This document shows positions 18,616-28,600 of a stretch of 64,000 nt of DNA, one piece after another. A program made the position numbers and the translations under genes. Position 1 is the stretch's first letter. Each line of letters opens with the position of its first letter. Source of the stretch: a virus. Under the pieces are notes generated by a model. That model saw nothing but the letters and a program-made list of their open reading frames with translations, was not told the DNA's origin and did not search any database. The DNA is taken from positions 32,001-96,000 of the IMG/VR virus record IMGVR_UViG_3300028588_000016, one strand, 5' to 3'.

Positions 18616-18729
18616 ATGAGCATAGCTATTGGAATATTCGTATTCTTCGTAGTAGGCGCAATGGTATTCATTTACCTTTGTGCCAACTACTTTAGAGCAA
18701 TATTAGAGTATTACTTCGGAGGAGAATGA
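18616..18729 (+). CDS. Small membrane peptide (37 aa), not in ORF track
   Basis: MSIAIGIFVFFVVGAMVFIYLCANYFRAILEYYFGGE*; fills the gap exactly, ATGA overlap downstream. Confidence 0.6.
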   Translation: MSIAIGIFVFFVVGAMVFIYLCANYFRAILEYYFGGE

Positions 18730-19052
18730 AAGTATCTTTCGAATATTTAGAAGTTCTTGAAAAGACTGTCTATCAACGGCTAGCGAGAGCTTTAGTCGAA
18801 GCAGGTGTAGATGTTTATGTTATAACAGACGCTGAACCTACTGAAAATAATATTGCTACGTTATTAGCTATCACATCGTTTTGTAAGATTGATCAAACTA
18901 AAATACTGTTTACTGATGGTGCGTACGCTGCTACTATAATTAAACAGTTAAGAATTGATTTACATTACGAAGATAGACCTGATCACGTACGCGTATTACA
19001 ATTATTAACAAATACTAAAATAGCAAGTCCAAGGTTACATGATAGATCTTAG
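18726..19052 (+). CDS. Degenerate HAD-like protein
   Basis: KVSFEYLEVL...DVYVIT...LHYEDRP resembles the HAD layout without the DxD. Confidence 0.45.
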   Translation: MKVSFEYLEVLEKTVYQRLARALVEAGVDVYVITDAEPTENNIATLLAITSFCKIDQTKILFTDGAYAATIIKQLRIDLHYEDRPDHVRVLQLLTNTKIASPRLHDRS

Positions 19053-20262
19053 AAGAGAATGGTTCGTTAAAGAACTTAAAAAAATGTCAGGTGTAGAAAT
19101 ATACCTAGTAGGAGGTTGCGTTAGAGATAAAATCTTAGGGTTAGATCCTAAGGATTTAGACATAATGGTAACCGGTATTAGTATGTATGAATTACTTCAA
19201 GTTCTTGAAAGATTCGGTGATGCTAAGTTAGTGGGTAAATCGTTTGGAGTTGTTAAATTCACAGCTACTGAACCAGTAGCTTACGGTAAAACAATAGACA
19301 TCGCTTTACCTAGAATCGATATTTCAACAGGAACCGGTCATAAGGATTTTCAAGTTATTGCCGGTAAAGAGGTTAGTTTAGAACAAGATTTAGGTCGTAG
19401 AGACTTAACTATTAACGCTATAGCTATGACTCTTGATGGTAAAATCATTGATCCTTACGATGGTAAAGTAGATATCGACGATGCGATTCTTAGAGTTCCT
19501 GTTAGTACTAAAATCTTCATGGAAGATCCATTGAGAATGTTACGCGCTATTAGATTTTCAGCAAGATTTGGTTTTAGGATAGAACTTTATTTAGAAGAAG
19601 CTATACAAGAACAACATGACAAGATCAGGAAGATAAGTAGAGAACGGATTTATGAAGAAATCAAACTCGCATACGAACAATGTGAAAGTAATGAACAATT
19701 AGTTGATTACATCAGTATGTTAAGGAATTGTTTCTTTATGGAACTGTCGATGCGAGCTGAAAAACTAAGATTTCAGAGACACGCACATCTTACTTTCGTT
19801 GAGTTTATGGTACTACTTTATCCTGAAGGATTACCTTTTAGCGCATTAGACCGTATTGCAATACCTAATGAAGTGATTAACGAAATGAAGGTAATGTATT
19901 TATTGGCTGAAGCAGACAACGCTACACTAGAAGTAACTAAACGTTTAACTGTATTAGAAGCTTATAAACTAACTGACGAAATTGATTGTGAGACTTTTCC
20001 AGACTTAATCTATATCGTAGAGGAGTTTGAGAAAGGTATCTTGCCTAAAAGTCGTAAACAGTTAGCCATGAGTGGAGAATCATTCGCGTTCGAAGTCAAA
20101 AATCGTACGCCTGCTGCTCTATTTAAATCTAGTCACATTAGTGAACACATGGATAAAGTACTGAAACTAATTGTTAGTGGAATGCTTGAAAACACCGTAG
20201 ACTCCATTACTTGGTATCTAAACCAAGAACTTGGAGAACTGCAAAAGTTCTATCTCGATTAA
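19039..20262 (+). CDS. tRNA nucleotidyltransferase (class II CCA-adding / poly(A) polymerase family)
   Basis: YLVGGCVRD...KDLDI, DLGRRDLTINAIA, EDPLRMLRAIRF, ISRERI; no HD domain recognised. Confidence 0.9.
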   Translation: MIDLRREWFVKELKKMSGVEIYLVGGCVRDKILGLDPKDLDIMVTGISMYELLQVLERFGDAKLVGKSFGVVKFTATEPVAYGKTIDIALPRIDISTGTGHKDFQVIAGKEVSLEQDLGRRDLTINAIAMTLDGKIIDPYDGKVDIDDAILRVPVSTKIFMEDPLRMLRAIRFSARFGFRIELYLEEAIQEQHDKIRKISRERIYEEIKLAYEQCESNEQLVDYISMLRNCFFMELSMRAEKLRFQRHAHLTFVEFMVLLYPEGLPFSALDRIAIPNEVINEMKVMYLLAEADNATLEVTKRLTVLEAYKLTDEIDCETFPDLIYIVEEFEKGILPKSRKQLAMSGESFAFEVKNRTPAALFKSSHISEHMDKVLKLIVSGMLENTVDSITWYLNQELGELQKFYLD

Positions 20263-20273
20263 AACCTATTACC

Positions 20274-20313
20274 GCCCTACATGTCCTAACGGATGTGTGG
20301 GGCTTATTTTTTT
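20274..20313 (+). terminator. Intrinsic terminator
   Basis: GCCCTACATGTCC-TAAC-GGATGTGTGGGGC (with G-U pairs) then TTATTTTTTT. Confidence 0.75.
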
Positions 20314-20319
20314 GTTACG

Positions 20320-20351
20320 TTTGTACAGTCGTGTAATATTGTGTATATTTG
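20320..20351 (+). promoter_or_regulatory. Consensus Bacteroidota sigma-A promoter
   Basis: TTTG(20320-23)-N20-TATATTTG(20344-51), an exact match to TTTG-N19-21-TAnnTTTG. Confidence 0.75.
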
Positions 20352-20372
20352 CAACTTATAATAGTTACAATA

Positions 20373-21182
20373 ATGGAAGAATTTAATATAACACCGGAAC
20401 AGAAACTAGAAAACTATCTAGCTTACAATCCAGATTTTGCGGTGTACCAACCGGCATACGCACCTACACCAACAATGAACATAGATATGGACGAAGATGT
20501 TGAAGAGTCAAGTTTTATGAACTCGCTATTCTCTAATAATAAACCTGCTTTATTTACCAAAGCTCCGCCTACTGATACTACTCCTGCGTCAATTCTTGCG
20601 CCACCTGCAAAAAGTAAAGCAGTTAGCATAGTTGACCGTTTAAATGAAATGAAGAAAAAAGCAGATGAGAATGTTATGAACTATCCTATGCTTAATACGT
20701 TTACTTCTACTAGCTTTAGAGGACTAGGAGATAAATTGGCTAAGGCTGAATCAGATGGAATGGGAGGATATAAAGCACAAAGTACTAGTTCATCTGCTGT
20801 AGGTAAACATCAGTTTATATGGGGAAATGAGCAAGGATTACCTAAATCTAAAGGTGCTACTGCTTGGGGTAAACAGATAATGGACTATACTGGTTTAAAG
20901 TCTAAACAAGAGTATCTAAACAATCCTCAAGCACAAGAGAAATGGTTTGAACATTACGCTAAGACTACATTGGATCCACAGATGCGTGAACTTAGAAAAG
21001 AGTTTCCTAGAGCCACAATCAATGATGATGACTTAAGAGCTTTAATTCACTTCAGAGGACCAGGTAGAAAAGATGGCTCAAATGGAGCTAGAAAGATGTT
21101 AAAAGACTCTGCTCAAATGAGTATCAAACAGGAACAAAATAATATGACCGCTAAAGGTTACTTAAAGAAAATTAACTCGTAA
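20373..21182 (+). CDS. Lysozyme-like (muramidase/transglycosylase) domain protein with low-complexity N-terminus
   Basis: AESDG...Y.A..TSSSAVGKHQF...YLNNPQAQE...ALIHFRGPG; start revised to ATG 20373. Confidence 0.7.
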   Translation: MEEFNITPEQKLENYLAYNPDFAVYQPAYAPTPTMNIDMDEDVEESSFMNSLFSNNKPALFTKAPPTDTTPASILAPPAKSKAVSIVDRLNEMKKKADENVMNYPMLNTFTSTSFRGLGDKLAKAESDGMGGYKAQSTSSSAVGKHQFIWGNEQGLPKSKGATAWGKQIMDYTGLKSKQEYLNNPQAQEKWFEHYAKTTLDPQMRELRKEFPRATINDDDLRALIHFRGPGRKDGSNGARKMLKDSAQMSIKQEQNNMTAKGYLKKINS

Positions 21183-21187
21183 ACGAG

Positions 21188-21228
21188 AAAAGCCCATATG
21201 ATTAAGTTCATATGGGCTTTTATTTTTT
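21188..21228. terminator. Bidirectional terminator between the two convergent arms
   Basis: Perfect 14-bp stem AAAAGCCCATATGA/TCATATGGGCTTTT with A and T tracts. Confidence 0.85.
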
Positions 21229-24200
21229 ACTTTGCTTGTCCAGCTATATCAGTTATTGTTCTACCGATACCCGCATTACGAATAACGGTTTTAAACGAAC
21301 TGTCTCCGGTTAACAAACCAAATACATCTTCTGTAGTTTTAGTAATAGTACTAACTGTAGCGGCTAACGATTTAGGATCAACAGCAGCTTTAATGTTAGC
21401 CCAAGGATTTAAATCAGAAGTAGAGTTAATGGCTGCATTTAATACTGTTGCAGACATAGGACTATCTTTCTTCAATTCTCCCCAATCAATTAAACCTTTT
21501 AACATTAAACTAATTAAAGCAAACATCATTAAATCGTAACTCATCATTTTAAAGTTACCTTTAATAGTTTCATCTTGTTTTAAGAAGTTAAACAAGTCTT
21601 CAATTGATCTATCGCTTTTCTTAAACTCACTATAAGTACGAACTATAGATTGATACAATCCTTCCATAAATCTACCTTTCCATGCCATATAAGGTACATC
21701 AGTAACTTCTGTGGTGTATTCAGCAATTCCTTTATCATCGTATCTTAAATATAGTAAAGAACCATCTAAGTCTTTCGCGTGTTCCCAAGAACCTACTTGA
21801 TATTTATCTCCGGCCATAGTATATTGTTGCTTCTTAGCAGTTAACCATGTACGGAATTGAGCGAATAAACTACCTAATAAAGTATGGTGAATCATAATCT
21901 TGTTCTCATGGTCAAATGGACCGTGAACATAATCAGAAAACATCTTTAAAGACTGTTGTTCTTGAGTAGTATAAGCTCTAGGTAAAGCATCTCCTTCTTG
22001 AAGTTGTACTCCGTTTAACATAGAAGAATCTTTATTATGTTCTGCTAAAACAGCAAGATATAAAGCTCTTTGCTTATTGTAATTAGGAGAACTCTTTCTC
22101 CCAGCAGCATAATCAGCAAAACGTTTATCTTTCTTCCAATCATAAACTAATACACCGTCAACCATAGAGTGAGCATCGAAAGTACCGTCTTCCATCATTT
22201 GAGCTACGAATAAAGACATCCTGTTTAAATAATCAGGAGCACCAGATGCCCAAAGCATCCAACGTGAATGCCATTGTGTAAAACCTTGTTTACTCTGTAC
22301 CATCTTCTCAGCAAGTTGATGTCTATCCATATTCGCTACACCATATAAGTGATTCAACTCTTCAATCATTGTAACGTTATTAAAGAAATCTGGAGCATCA
22401 CTTATAACATAATTAAGAGCTTTTCTATAGTTAGCCATAGATGCAGTGCCTTTACCGTATTGATCGGCCATTAATTTAATAGCGTTGTTTATTTGACCTT
22501 GTAGAGTTTCCTTAACTAAGTTTAAAGGACTTAAACCTAGTTGAAAAGTAGTAACTAAACCTTTAGCTAAACCTACATAAGGAGCTACTTTCTCATGAGC
22601 TTCTTCTAAAATCTTCTCATCGAATACTGCTACCTTAATATAATCTCTGATGAAATCATCAATATTTACTAAGTTCTTATTGACAAATCCTTTACTTATA
22701 AGTCGACTAGTAACCCTAACAGCGTGTATTAAAGGTAATACTTCATCGTAAACTTGTTGCCTTATACCTGTAAATACTAATTGACCTAAGATTAATTCTA
22801 AGTTAGTATCAAAATCAGATAAAGGTTTCTCGTCTATAAGTCTTTGTCTAGCTTCTGGATTACCATTGAAATTAAACGTATTATGGAAAGATAACATATC
22901 CTCAGAAGCTTTCTTATTCTTAGTTTGTTCTTCTTCGAATATATGGTGAAAGTTCATAGCATTCTTCCATTTATCTTGAACAGCGTCTAAGAAGCTTTTA
23001 TTATGTGAACGAGATACACTATTAGCTCTCATTAGAGGTACTTGGAAGTATTCTCCACTAGCTTTAGTTTCGTTCTCGTCTTTATTAGGACGTAAGTAGT
23101 TATTAAATGTAGTTAATAAAAACTTAACAAACTCTCTTTCTTTAGGATCAAGTTGTGAGTTAGCTTTATATGGATCTTTTAACATAAAATCTTTATTGAT
23201 TTTACCATCAGCATCTCTAACATATAAGTTATCAAAAGCAGATAAATGATCACCTGCTAACATACTTACGTTTTTATATTTATAATATTCAGCAAACTTC
23301 TTACGAGCAGCTGCGTTAAACTTAACATAATTATCAGACATGGCCTGCATCGCTACCTTAATAGGTCTAAGTGACGCATTGATTGCACTACTAGCAGACT
23401 GTAATTCTGTAGGAGTAGAACCCATTTTAGAACGGTTAAGAGCAACGTTATTAATATCGTCTTCCGGTCTGATATTCATATCTTGCAAACCTATAATAGT
23501 AGCATTCAATAAAGAATAAGCCATACCACTAGGGCTATTGTAATCAATATTATTGATATCAACGTTCTTATTCTTTTGCCACATACGTTGAATGTCTTTC
23601 AACTTACGTAGCTTTTCTGCACGAGATTCTTTTGCCAAACCGTCTTTAATGTCGGCAATCATAGACAATTCATCTCTATCTACAGACTCATCTTTTAAGA
23701 TGTGAACTACTTGTGAAAATAGTAAATTCTCAAAACTAGACTTCTTTACTTTGTCTAAGTTATAAGTATTACCTGTTTTCTTCATTAGTTCTTTATAGTT
23801 AGCTAATAAAGAATCGCTATCTAATGCAACCATTCCCATATCGTGACCAGGGTTCATCACTCTGATTAATCCTATGGAATTACCGGCAGCGTTGACTGTT
23901 TGATAGTTATTGTTTAAGAAGTTAAGAATCTTTAATCCAATAAAGTTAGGTTCAGTAGCAGCAAGTGGTGTAAACATTGCCTCTTGTTTTAAATAAGAGT
24001 CACCGTAAAACTTACCTAGTAAAGTAGTACCTTTTGTTAACTTCTTAACCTCTTTAAGATTTAAATTAGTAGTTGCAACAAATTCAAGTACTCCACTATA
24101 TTTATCTTTAAATACTAAGACACCTTCACCAGTTAATTCGGGTACATCTTGAATTTCCCAAGTACCGTCCATGTAACGACTAAACGCTGTACGTAATAGT

Positions 24201-25600
24201 ATTTTCTTTTCATCTGTAGCATTAGGTTCTAAGTTAGTATATTCACCTTTCTTGATCATACTATCTAAAGTACCTTTTCTTGAATTTGTAAATGTATAAA
24301 CAAAGTTAACTGAGTTCTCTAGGTATTCTCTAATAGCATCTAACTTATCAGTTGCAGACTCTGGTAAGTGAACTCGTTTACGGTCAATATGATCGTAATA
24401 CCAATCTTTCCCTTCCTCGTCTTGCTTAACTCTAGTCTTAAGGAAAGAGCTTACTTGTTCGTCTAAGTTATCATAACCTGTACTCATATCGAACATTTCT
24501 TTGAACTCTTTAGCAATACTACCAGACTTCTTAAACTTATAAAGCTTAGAAGTGTCTACAGGTAAAACATGATTAACTCTTTCGATTATATTTTTCTTGT
24601 CACCGTACAAGATTTGTTTTAAAGCGACAGCAGGTTCAGTTTCAAGATCACCAATCTCCATGTTATCGGTATCTGGATCTTTTAAGTAGATAGGATAAAT
24701 GAACATCTCTGCAACCGGAATACCTTTAGACATCATCAGTTGTTGATAAAATGCTAATTGATATTCAGCTTTTAAAGTCTTAGCTCTATCCCATTCACTA
24801 ATACGTTTATATGATGTTTTGAAATCTCCTAAGTAAGCATTACCATTGCTGTCAATACCTACTAAATCGATGATACCTACTATCTTTGTAGCGTCATCGT
24901 GGATAACCATTTCAGCAATAAATTGCATTTTAGGATCACCCGATCTATCAATCATTTCCTTTTTAGCGTCTTCAAGATACTTCACGTATTTAACCATTAA
25001 CTCTAAGTCTAAAGGTTTATCGTGCTTATCAAGTAGTTGTTGAGGATCAGTAATACCATCATTGAAATACATTTGAGCAATACCGTGTAAATCAGTACCC
25101 ATTTTACCAAGTGTTTTCCAACCTGCAATGATATCGTTTACTTGCTCTAATGCCATATTACCTAATTCAACATCTGTAAAATCCTTATTAGCAGGATCGT
25201 TACGTAGTTCCTTAGTTATTAAGTTCTTTTGTCTGGCTGTATAAGCTTTAACGTCTAGTTGACTTATTAAAGGTTTTGCTGTGGCTTTAGTACTAGTTTT
25301 TAAATTATTGATAACAGTAGTTACACCTGTAAATCCTTTACCTGTATTACGAATATTCTCAACTACATCACCGTTAGGAGTTACTCTTGAGATTATATCT
25401 TTATTTTCTTGTTTGATAGCTTTCAATTTAGCCATCGTTTCAGCATATGGATCTAAATCCTTACTAAAGTTAACATCTGATATTTGTGTTGCAGCTTGTA
25501 CTCTATTGTAGTTCTTAGATAAAAAATCATCCAGCTCTTGTTGGGAGCCGAATGATTTAGTTATGCCGTTAAGTTCTATTGTTATATCACAATTTAACAT
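21227..25600 (-). CDS. Giant virion/ejection protein with PD-(D/E)xK (Cas4/RecB-like) nuclease domain
   Basis: GTDLH...AEMVI...GIIDLV...DFKT...YQLAFY at about aa 160-300; 1457 aa. Confidence 0.75.
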   Translation of the reverse strand: MLNCDITIELNGITKSFGSQQELDDFLSKNYNRVQAATQISDVNFSKDLDPYAETMAKLKAIKQENKDIISRVTPNGDVVENIRNTGKGFTGVTTVINNLKTSTKATAKPLISQLDVKAYTARQKNLITKELRNDPANKDFTDVELGNMALEQVNDIIAGWKTLGKMGTDLHGIAQMYFNDGITDPQQLLDKHDKPLDLELMVKYVKYLEDAKKEMIDRSGDPKMQFIAEMVIHDDATKIVGIIDLVGIDSNGNAYLGDFKTSYKRISEWDRAKTLKAEYQLAFYQQLMMSKGIPVAEMFIYPIYLKDPDTDNMEIGDLETEPAVALKQILYGDKKNIIERVNHVLPVDTSKLYKFKKSGSIAKEFKEMFDMSTGYDNLDEQVSSFLKTRVKQDEEGKDWYYDHIDRKRVHLPESATDKLDAIREYLENSVNFVYTFTNSRKGTLDSMIKKGEYTNLEPNATDEKKILLRTAFSRYMDGTWEIQDVPELTGEGVLVFKDKYSGVLEFVATTNLNLKEVKKLTKGTTLLGKFYGDSYLKQEAMFTPLAATEPNFIGLKILNFLNNNYQTVNAAGNSIGLIRVMNPGHDMGMVALDSDSLLANYKELMKKTGNTYNLDKVKKSSFENLLFSQVVHILKDESVDRDELSMIADIKDGLAKESRAEKLRKLKDIQRMWQKNKNVDINNIDYNSPSGMAYSLLNATIIGLQDMNIRPEDDINNVALNRSKMGSTPTELQSASSAINASLRPIKVAMQAMSDNYVKFNAAARKKFAEYYKYKNVSMLAGDHLSAFDNLYVRDADGKINKDFMLKDPYKANSQLDPKEREFVKFLLTTFNNYLRPNKDENETKASGEYFQVPLMRANSVSRSHNKSFLDAVQDKWKNAMNFHHIFEEEQTKNKKASEDMLSFHNTFNFNGNPEARQRLIDEKPLSDFDTNLELILGQLVFTGIRQQVYDEVLPLIHAVRVTSRLISKGFVNKNLVNIDDFIRDYIKVAVFDEKILEEAHEKVAPYVGLAKGLVTTFQLGLSPLNLVKETLQGQINNAIKLMADQYGKGTASMANYRKALNYVISDAPDFFNNVTMIEELNHLYGVANMDRHQLAEKMVQSKQGFTQWHSRWMLWASGAPDYLNRMSLFVAQMMEDGTFDAHSMVDGVLVYDWKKDKRFADYAAGRKSSPNYNKQRALYLAVLAEHNKDSSMLNGVQLQEGDALPRAYTTQEQQSLKMFSDYVHGPFDHENKIMIHHTLLGSLFAQFRTWLTAKKQQYTMAGDKYQVGSWEHAKDLDGSLLYLRYDDKGIAEYTTEVTDVPYMAWKGRFMEGLYQSIVRTYSEFKKSDRSIEDLFNFLKQDETIKGNFKMMSYDLMMFALISLMLKGLIDWGELKKDSPMSATVLNAAINSTSDLNPWANIKAAVDPKSLAATVSTITKTTEDVFGLLTGDSSFKTVIRNAGIGRTITDIAGQAK

Positions 25601-28600
25601 TTAATTTGCAAGTTTTTATTATTCATTAATAGTTTCTTTAATTCTTGTACATCCTGACTCGGCGCTTTATAGAAGTTTATAGTATAGTCTCCAAAGTTTT
25701 CTACTACCTCGAACTCTAAATCTGGAAATAGTTCTTTCAACTTAGGTACATTTCTGTACATTTCGTTTTCTGTACCTTCCATCTGAATTCCTAGTCTAGA
25801 TGCAAACTTAGTAACTGAGTCAACAGCATCCTTTTCTATTTCGGTACTACCTACACTATGTATAGATTGAACTTGACTAGGAGATATCACTCTATAACTA
25901 TCTCCGACTTTCTCAATATTACCTTTAAGGTAAACAAGTTTTGTATTATCGGCTATAGTTGAAACTGGTTGATATATAAACTTTTCTAAAGTAGGTAAGA
26001 ATAAAGCGGGTTCTCCATCTTCAGCTTTAACAAAATAAGATTTAGCAGCTTCATTATTGAATGCTTCAGATTTCGTTTTTAACCAATGTTTCGATGCTTC
26101 TGCTTCACTAAAACCTAAAGATAATAGTTTCGTATACAAACTAGATTTTCTACCGTCAGCGGCTCTTAAATAAGTTCCGTCTTCTAGCGTTTCTTGTTTG
26201 ATATTGTTTACTTCTACAGCAGGTATGAACTCTCCAGTTAACATTGATTTACCAAAATGATTCTGAATCTCTTCAAAAGACATATTCATAATTTCATAGT
26301 TACCTAGTTCAAAGAATGACCTGTTGTTAATGCCGAATAGTTCAGCTAAGAAATTCTTAATAGAGTTATAAACATCGCCTAAGAAGCTTCTATTATCAGA
26401 CTCCCACTTCTTAGTTAACTCATTACCTATTCTACCGTTAAACATTTCTCCTAAGGTTGTAACGAATACTTCCTCAGCTTGTCTGTTTTGATCTAGATTT
26501 GGATAATGTTTAGCTATATTGTCGAATTGCGGATGTGCTGCAAATTTACTAATAATAGTTTGATATAAAGAATTATTGCTTGACTTTAATCCCTGCATAA
26601 TTATGTGACCTAATTCGTGTATAGGTTCAGCTAATGATGCTTTATCTGTATTTAAGAATACTTGATTACCGTATACAAAAGCTCTTTGCTCAGAATATAA
26701 TAAGGTAGCATTAGGATCTAAATCGAATTGTTCAGCTATCTCTTCTGTACTTAATAAGTTCATTTTGATACCGTACATTCCTTCTAATTTAGAAGCTAAT
26801 CCAGTTAGTAATTGCTTACTGGCTTTTGCAGATTTAACAAATGATTTCTTATCAGTAGATGTAAAGTCTTTAGAAAAAGGAGCTTCGTTATCTACTTGAG
26901 TAGTAGCTACACTATTACCTTTAACAGCCATAGTTGTATGTTTGTCTACTAAACTTTTAGCACCGTTCTTAGCCCTACCTTTAAATGAGAAACCAATATT
27001 TGTAATGCTATCTAATCCTGTTTTCTGTCCTTTCTTCTTGTAGATCTCTACAGTACTTCTAGTGATCTTCTGATCTGCTCTGTTTAAGAAACTCTTCTCT
27101 AAAACTATTGAGTTAGTATTCTTAACTACTACTATTCCTTCATAATAACGATTGCCATTATCAGTAGAATACTGACGAGTCATCATATCTCCAACTTGAA
27201 GATCGTTCCAAAGTTCATCAGTATCAGATTTAGCAATAGCATCTTTAGATAAGTAATTATAAGGATTATAATCAGATCTTAAGTTGTTAGTCTTAGTGTG
27301 TTTAAGTACGTAACGCTTAGTTGATTTAACACCTTTATCAGGTGGTGTAAATGATATTTTTTCATCAGGATATACATATTGAGTAGCTACTTCATAATTA
27401 AGTAAATTCTTAGATTTCTTTAATGCTTCTGCAGCTGCTAATGTTTCAAACGTTTGATAAGATTTAGACTTAATAAAATCCTCTCTAGCGTTATCAATTT
27501 TTCTAGTTATCTCTTTATTCGCTCTTAATCCTAATTCTTCGTTATCGACTAGATTATGACCAATACCGAGGATTTTCTCAACAGGTACAGTTTCAATTTT
27601 ATACCACGCAGACGGCATAGAATGCGAGATCTTACCACCAGGAAGCATTGTAACTTTAGGCTTATTAGATTTAATCTGATGTCCTACAACAGGTCTTCCC
27701 GTTACTTCATCGAAATCTAAGACTACAGCAGTACCATAAGGAAATGCAGGATCATTAGACTCAATCATAACAATATCTCCTCTATTTACAGAAGCTACTT
27801 TCTTAAACTTATAGTCTACGTTCTCGTCACCTGTAAATAACTCTGTATGATATAGTTCTTTAACTGATGTGAATGAGTTTGTTTTTACAAAGTCACCATC
27901 TTCATTAAAGATTTCTTGTTTATTCTGGAATAATAGGTAAGTAAGATTAGCTGGAACAGTCTCCCCTTTTTTAAGGATATCTCTTAACTTCATCTTATTC
28001 TCGAAGTTAATAGTTGCTGTTTTCTTAATATTAGCAAAATTAGCAATTACGGCTTTATTGTTGTTATCTCCAAACTCAGATTTGAAATTCTTAACAACGT
28101 TACCGTGATTCTCTTCTAATATTAACATTCCGTTAATCAGACGTTTCTCTACTATACGTATTTTGTTATCCTTGTCAAGTGTTTCTAACGCATCTCCTAA
28201 AGGACGTAATACGGTAAAGTATTCGTATTCCTTTTTAGCTTTAGGATCTTCATTGTATTTAACAACTTGTACAAGATCATTAGGACCGGCATCTCTAAAG
28301 AATAATAGTGATTCTCTTCTAGGTAAGAAGAATGATTTACCTTCATTGTGTGCAAATACGTTGAATTTAGCGCCATCTTTATAAAGTATTTCTTTAGTAA
28401 ATTGTTTTTCATCTACATTCTTACCTTTAAAATAACTAGCAACATTCTTCTTATTCTCCATAATAGAACGTTTAACAGCAGCAGGAATCTGTTTAGCTGT
28501 ATAACGAATATTACCGTAGAACTTACGATATCCTTGAATGTTTTCTTTAGATACGTGACGAGGTCCACTTTGAGTAGCTACTACGAAGAATGTTTGTCCA

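Noticed and set aside
1548-20629. Short - strand ORFs in the + arm (e.g. 1548-1847, 7970-8386, 14323-14574)
   Set aside because: They lie antisense to motif-supported genes
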